In this document: piece by piece, positions 59,714-64,000 of the stretch
Layout of the letters: each line of letters opens with the position of its first letter
How positions within the stretch are numbered: the first letter of the stretch is position 1
Source: Kiritimatiellia bacterium
GTDB taxonomy: Bacteria; Verrucomicrobiota; Kiritimatiellia; RFP12; UBA1067
DNA length: 64,000 nucleotides
Direction of reading: 5' to 3'
NCBI GenBank assembly: GCA_045595285.1
Contig: JAZOAC010000164.1
Location: forward strand, 11,386 to 75,385
Notes under the pieces: model-generated
The model's database searches: none
What the model was told of the DNA's origin: nothing
What the model saw: the letters and a program-made list of their open reading frames with translations, nothing else
Translations under genes and position numbers: made by a program

Positions 59714-60019
59714 TCAGCTCTTGATGATAAGCGCCATGAACGTGAGATCCGTGTCGCCGGTGTTCACGAGACCATGCGATGAACCGTCAGGCGTCCATGT
59801 TGAATCGCCAGCCTTCACCATGCGGGTCACGCCGTTGTCGTTGTACTCGCCTTCGCCGGAGAGGATGTAGTACGACTCGCTGTCGCCTACATGCTGGTGA
59901 TACGGAACCGCGGCCTTCGGCGGCACTACGACCCTGGCATAGAGACCGAGCTTGTCACCATACTCGGCCGGTCCCAGAATCTTCTCAAGAGTGAAATCCC
60001 CCATCTTTACGACTTCCAT
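59714..60019 (-). CDS. Cupin domain protein
   Basis: YHQHVGDSESYYILSGEG...SHGLVNTG. Confidence 0.85.
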   Translation of the reverse strand: MEVVKMGDFTLEKILGPAEYGDKLGLYARVVVPPKAAVPYHQHVGDSESYYILSGEGEYNDNGVTRMVKAGDSTWTPDGSSHGLVNTGDTDLTFMALIIKS

Positions 60020-60236
60020 TTCTACTTTCCTTTCTTTCGTTTTGTTTTCAAGTCAATTCACGGAACACGACTTCTCCGAAACCTTTCGCACAAGTCGATC
60101 CTGTGCGCATATTGTCGCAGAACATCGCTTCTTCGCCATTTCAGCTGTCTGAATTCGCCCGCAAGTATACCACAATCGCCCTTTCCCCTCAATCGCACTA
60201 TTGAGATGGCCGTCAGGGGAAAGTCAGGGCGTCAGG

Positions 60237-61544
60237 TCAGGAAACGAAGTCGTATGCGCCCGTAACCTTCATCGATTCATCGTCCGCAGTGACATAGACA
60301 ATCTTATATGAACCACCCCCGGGGGCGACAGAAAGCACAACGTGTCCCGCATTGAACGACTCCTTCGCGATATCGTCCAGAAAGGCATTCCCCTCATCCT
60401 CGAAACGGCGGAGCGGAGAGAACACTCCTCCTGCGATGAGTCTGGGGCCGGGATACGACTTCCGGCTCGACATGCGCTCAAGCGTGTCTGCGGTAAGGTG
60501 CAGTTGGTCCCAAATGCATGTGGTCCACACCTGCGGACGCAACGCGGACACGAGTTCATCGGGCATGCACTTGTAGCCGTGATGATTCACTTTCGCCACA
60601 TTGACCGGATCGAGTTCCTTCGCGAATTCCTTCTCGATATTGCGGATTGTCCCGTCAGGAAGTCTGACATTGTCGGAAAAATCGCCTGCTGTGTAGAAGC
60701 GGAAAGCCCCGTACTCAACCATGAGCCCAAGGCACATGCCGTTCTCGTTCAACCGTTTCGCGTCATGCACTTCGACATACAGATCGCGGATTGATCCGTC
60801 CCTGCACAGTATCTTGCCGTTCGCCGCAATGTTGGTAATCTTAAATTGCGGATACGCCGCCGCGTTGCGAAGCATTGCAACCTGGTTCACCGCACCGACA
60901 TCGAACTTCTTCATCTTCAGGCCGTCACGTTCGATAAGATGATCGAACACCTTGCGGATATGCGAATAGCACCTCGTGTCGCAGCATTCGTTGGGAATCG
61001 GCTCGTTGAAATCCGGCCAACCCCTGTCAAAGCACTTCTTGAACTTGAGGGTGTCCGCCGCCAGAAGAAACCCGTTGAGCGAAAGCCTGCCGCCCCTCCA
61101 TTCCCGGACGCCCATCCCCCAGTCTTCCATGCCGCCGTGGTCGGAATGGTGATGGGAAAGCATCATGTAGTCCACGTCCTTGCCGTGCGGATTGACGCGC
61201 TGAACGTAACGCGCGACCCACTCGCCCGCGTCGCGCTTTCCGTCAGGAAGCACCCACACGGCCTTCTTTCCCCGGCGGATGGCAGGATGGTCTCCGCAGT
61301 CGAGAAGCATCGTCGTCCCGTCCGGGAATATCCAGAACAAACTTTCACCGACTCCTGTGTAGATGAAGTGTACCTGCAGTTCACCCGTCTTCCACGGAGG
61401 AAGCTTCCTGCCCGTCAGCTCATGCCCTGATCCATCCGGAACGCCCTTGCAAGGCGCCTTCCCCGCTGCTGCGCCCGCCCGTCCGACAACCCCTGCGAAG
61501 GACGCCGTGGCGACCGCCTTGATGAAATCCCTTCTGCTGCCCAT
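60237..61544 (-). CDS. Metallo-beta-lactamase-fold hydrolase (ComEC/Rec2-like), Tat signal
   Basis: SRRDFI; LLDCG, SHHHSDHGG, NENG, TAGD, KVNHHG. Confidence 0.8.
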   Translation of the reverse strand: MGSRRDFIKAVATASFAGVVGRAGAAAGKAPCKGVPDGSGHELTGRKLPPWKTGELQVHFIYTGVGESLFWIFPDGTTMLLDCGDHPAIRRGKKAVWVLPDGKRDAGEWVARYVQRVNPHGKDVDYMMLSHHHSDHGGMEDWGMGVREWRGGRLSLNGFLLAADTLKFKKCFDRGWPDFNEPIPNECCDTRCYSHIRKVFDHLIERDGLKMKKFDVGAVNQVAMLRNAAAYPQFKITNIAANGKILCRDGSIRDLYVEVHDAKRLNENGMCLGLMVEYGAFRFYTAGDFSDNVRLPDGTIRNIEKEFAKELDPVNVAKVNHHGYKCMPDELVSALRPQVWTTCIWDQLHLTADTLERMSSRKSYPGPRLIAGGVFSPLRRFEDEGNAFLDDIAKESFNAGHVVLSVAPGGGSYKIVYVTADDESMKVTGAYDFVS

Positions 61545-61577
61545 TTCCTCCTCCTTCCTTGATGGTCTTCCTGAACA

Positions 61578-63995
61578 TCACCTCTCGCCGAATTCGAACA
61601 CACGGAGCGTCTCCGGAGGCAAATCAACAGCATTCGTCTCGCCGTTCCAGACGAGACCGTCACCTGCCACCAGTTCGCGCAGAGGTCTACGGGACGGGTC
61701 CTTCAGCCGGAGAACCGCTTTCACGGGCTTGCGGGAGTCGTTGAACACCGTCACATAGCACCGGCCGTCCTCGTGCCCAAACTGTTCAAGGAACACCGAC
61801 GGCGTTTCCGTGGCGAGCACATGATTCACCGGACGCCATCCGGCCTCGGAAATGCTTTTGCATATCGGTATGTACTTCCTGAAGAGATCACGGTCGCGAT
61901 TGTAGAGCTCCGGCCTGGAGAAGTAGTGGTATCCGCTCGTGGTCTTGCTGAACACGCTCGGGAAAAGTCCGTATGCGACGGCGCGCATCATGTATTTTTC
62001 CATCTTCGCATGGGACATCGTGGAGAGGTCAGTATTCATCAGATAGCCAAACGGCTTCCCTCCGCAAAGAGCGCGGTGGAACAGCATCTGCTCGTCCGAA
62101 GCGGGAGTCCAGCCCGCCTTCTTGTTCCAGTCTATCTCGAACCCCATCACATCGAGATACGGCGCAAGCCAGCACCATCGGATAGGAGTGGAGTTGCCCA
62201 TCACCCTGCGTCCTGAAGGATGGAGCCGCTCGGAAAGGTTGCGCACATATTCGTACGAGATCATGCCCTTGAACACTCCCGGCACGCACCCGTCGCGCGA
62301 GAAGCAGAGCGGGGTTTTCATCGCGCCGAAATGTGCGCGGTCGAAGTCAAGCGCCGTCGTCACATACAGATCCGCGGAATCGACATATTCACCGTCAACG
62401 CCTTTCGGCGGCCTGTCGCCTGGCCTGTAGCGTTCCGCAAAGCGCCCTTCGCCTATCTTGCGGCTGAAATCCGTTACGTCACCGCGGATTCCCGGAGCGG
62501 AATTCATGCTCCACACCATTCCGTTGCACCACGGAGTGTCGAGAAGCATCCCGATCGGCTTGCCGCGCTCCGTGCGGCAGACGCTCGTCCACCACGCCAG
62601 CGCGGCTCTTTCGCCTTTCCCCGCAAGACGCGCCACCTCGGCGATGCAGTCCTCCATCGACGGCTTCGGCTGGCCCTTCTTCGCCTTGATGCGCATCCAC
62701 CAAGTGCCGGGCTCCGTGTAGGCATAAGTGGTCAACCCGTTCGCGTCATCCCAATCTGTTTCGTTGATTCCCTCCTTGATCGCGAACCCGAAATCCTTCC
62801 ACCCTTCGACCTTGCTGATCTTGTCGAACGCCATCCATATGCCCTGATTCTTCTGACGCACCTTGAACGCCTCGGGGAAAAGCGACATGTATGCCTCATA
62901 AGCGCCTCTGAAGTTCTCTTTCCCGTCGAAACCGAAACGGCAGAACCGGAAACGCGCTGACGGAGCCTCCTCTGCGAGGCCGACGTCAAACGAAATGTAG
63001 AGAAGGCGCAGCGCCGGATTGACGGCGGTGCGGAAATACGCAGGGGCCGACGTGTCGAGGGCAAGAGCCATGCCTTTGCCGCCCACTGTGACCGCACCTA
63101 CCGGCCAATGGGAAAGCCCGCCCGCACCGCACAGCGAAGTCATCGTGTTGCGCTGTTCGGAATCACCGTCCGAAAGCGTCTTGCTCAGTCGCGGATGCAC
63201 GTGCCACGTGATCTCCCCTTCCGGAAGCGGAACGGCATAAACCAAAGTCACCGCACGATCCCCGGGCTTCTGCTTCTCAAGCCTCACGTCGAAAAACTCA
63301 GCGCCGTCACGCTCCTCCCGCAGACAGGTCATATTGATGCCCTTCGCCGCACCGCCTATCTTCGCGAACCCGCTTTTCGCCGCCACGTCCCGGATCAGAA
63401 ACGACGGAGCCGAAAGCCGCTCCTTCACGTCCACATGCACGGAATCGAACATGCCCGCCGCGCCGCCCGAAAGCTCGCGCACCTTCACGTTGCGGAACCT
63501 CATGCGGGACGAGGTTCTCCGGAGCATCATGTACGCAACGATGTATTTCACCGGCTTCGAAGGCTGGATCAGCACGGACCTTTCGTGCCACCCGACAGAA
63601 ATGAGCCTGTCGAACTTCGCCGTCTGCCCCCAGAGGCTTGTGTCGTCCATGTAGGTAACATCGACGTAAATCTGGATATCGCCGCCGTCATCCGCCTTTT
63701 CGGGGAACGCTTCGGCGGACACCATGATGGGGACCGGCGTCCGGGCATCATATTTCACGGACCAGGCGGCGCCGGCGGTGCCTCCCTGCGCCGAAGTGGT
63801 GTCCACAATGATTTCCTTGCCGTCTGCGGACACCTCAAACCCGGAGCCGTACTTTCTTGCCGTCCCGGCGGCAAGTTCCTTCCACCGTCCCTCAGCCACT
63901 GCGACGGGAGCGAACGCCTCCTTCTCCGGCGATGAGGATTCTGCCGCACAACACGCCATGCAGACGGCGGCGAACATCAACAGTCTCAATTGCAT
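61578..63995 (-). CDS. Exported hypothetical protein, putative carbohydrate-active enzyme
   Basis: Signal peptide; CBM-like N-terminus (YVDVTYMDDTSLWGQ); DGEYVDS, YLDVMGFE. Confidence 0.55.
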   Translation of the reverse strand: MQLRLLMFAAVCMACCAAESSSPEKEAFAPVAVAEGRWKELAAGTARKYGSGFEVSADGKEIIVDTTSAQGGTAGAAWSVKYDARTPVPIMVSAEAFPEKADDGGDIQIYVDVTYMDDTSLWGQTAKFDRLISVGWHERSVLIQPSKPVKYIVAYMMLRRTSSRMRFRNVKVRELSGGAAGMFDSVHVDVKERLSAPSFLIRDVAAKSGFAKIGGAAKGINMTCLREERDGAEFFDVRLEKQKPGDRAVTLVYAVPLPEGEITWHVHPRLSKTLSDGDSEQRNTMTSLCGAGGLSHWPVGAVTVGGKGMALALDTSAPAYFRTAVNPALRLLYISFDVGLAEEAPSARFRFCRFGFDGKENFRGAYEAYMSLFPEAFKVRQKNQGIWMAFDKISKVEGWKDFGFAIKEGINETDWDDANGLTTYAYTEPGTWWMRIKAKKGQPKPSMEDCIAEVARLAGKGERAALAWWTSVCRTERGKPIGMLLDTPWCNGMVWSMNSAPGIRGDVTDFSRKIGEGRFAERYRPGDRPPKGVDGEYVDSADLYVTTALDFDRAHFGAMKTPLCFSRDGCVPGVFKGMISYEYVRNLSERLHPSGRRVMGNSTPIRWCWLAPYLDVMGFEIDWNKKAGWTPASDEQMLFHRALCGGKPFGYLMNTDLSTMSHAKMEKYMMRAVAYGLFPSVFSKTTSGYHYFSRPELYNRDRDLFRKYIPICKSISEAGWRPVNHVLATETPSVFLEQFGHEDGRCYVTVFNDSRKPVKAVLRLKDPSRRPLRELVAGDGLVWNGETNAVDLPPETLRVFEFGER

Positions 63996-64000
63996 TCTCA

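Overview
Bacterial window, moderately GC-rich. Gene style suggests a PVC-superphylum anaerobe such as Kiritimatiellota/Lentisphaerota (inference). Left end (1-5.5 kb): type II secretion gspF-G-H-I-J-K(partial) and xerD. Right end (53.7-64 kb): tRNA-His, gyrA, a TPR protein, an RlmD-family methyltransferase, a cupin and two exported proteins. Between them lies a ~48 kb mostly minus-strand accessory region of exported carbohydrate/ester/phosphate-cleaving enzymes (GH2, three GH106-like, MGH1-like, CocE, SGNH, beta-helix, phosphoesterases), two XylR-type regulators and no recognisable sugar transporter. Most notable: (1) a five-gene operon ending in a glycyl-radical enzyme with a twin-arginine-like export signal, a non-canonical Cys loop (GCGCW) and no adjacent activase; (2) an FGE-domain / small peptide / FGE-domain cassette plus a shared C-terminal G-x-x-x-x-x-R/W tail; (3) a direct-repeat operator (TTTTCGCAA, 21-bp period) at identical spacing in three promoters, two of which are a duplicated module; (4) homopolymer tracts at gene starts, one currently frameshifting a secreted protein; (5) families of 7-, 8-, 9- and 12-bp repeats. 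All calls come from motif recognition by eye; no database search was run.
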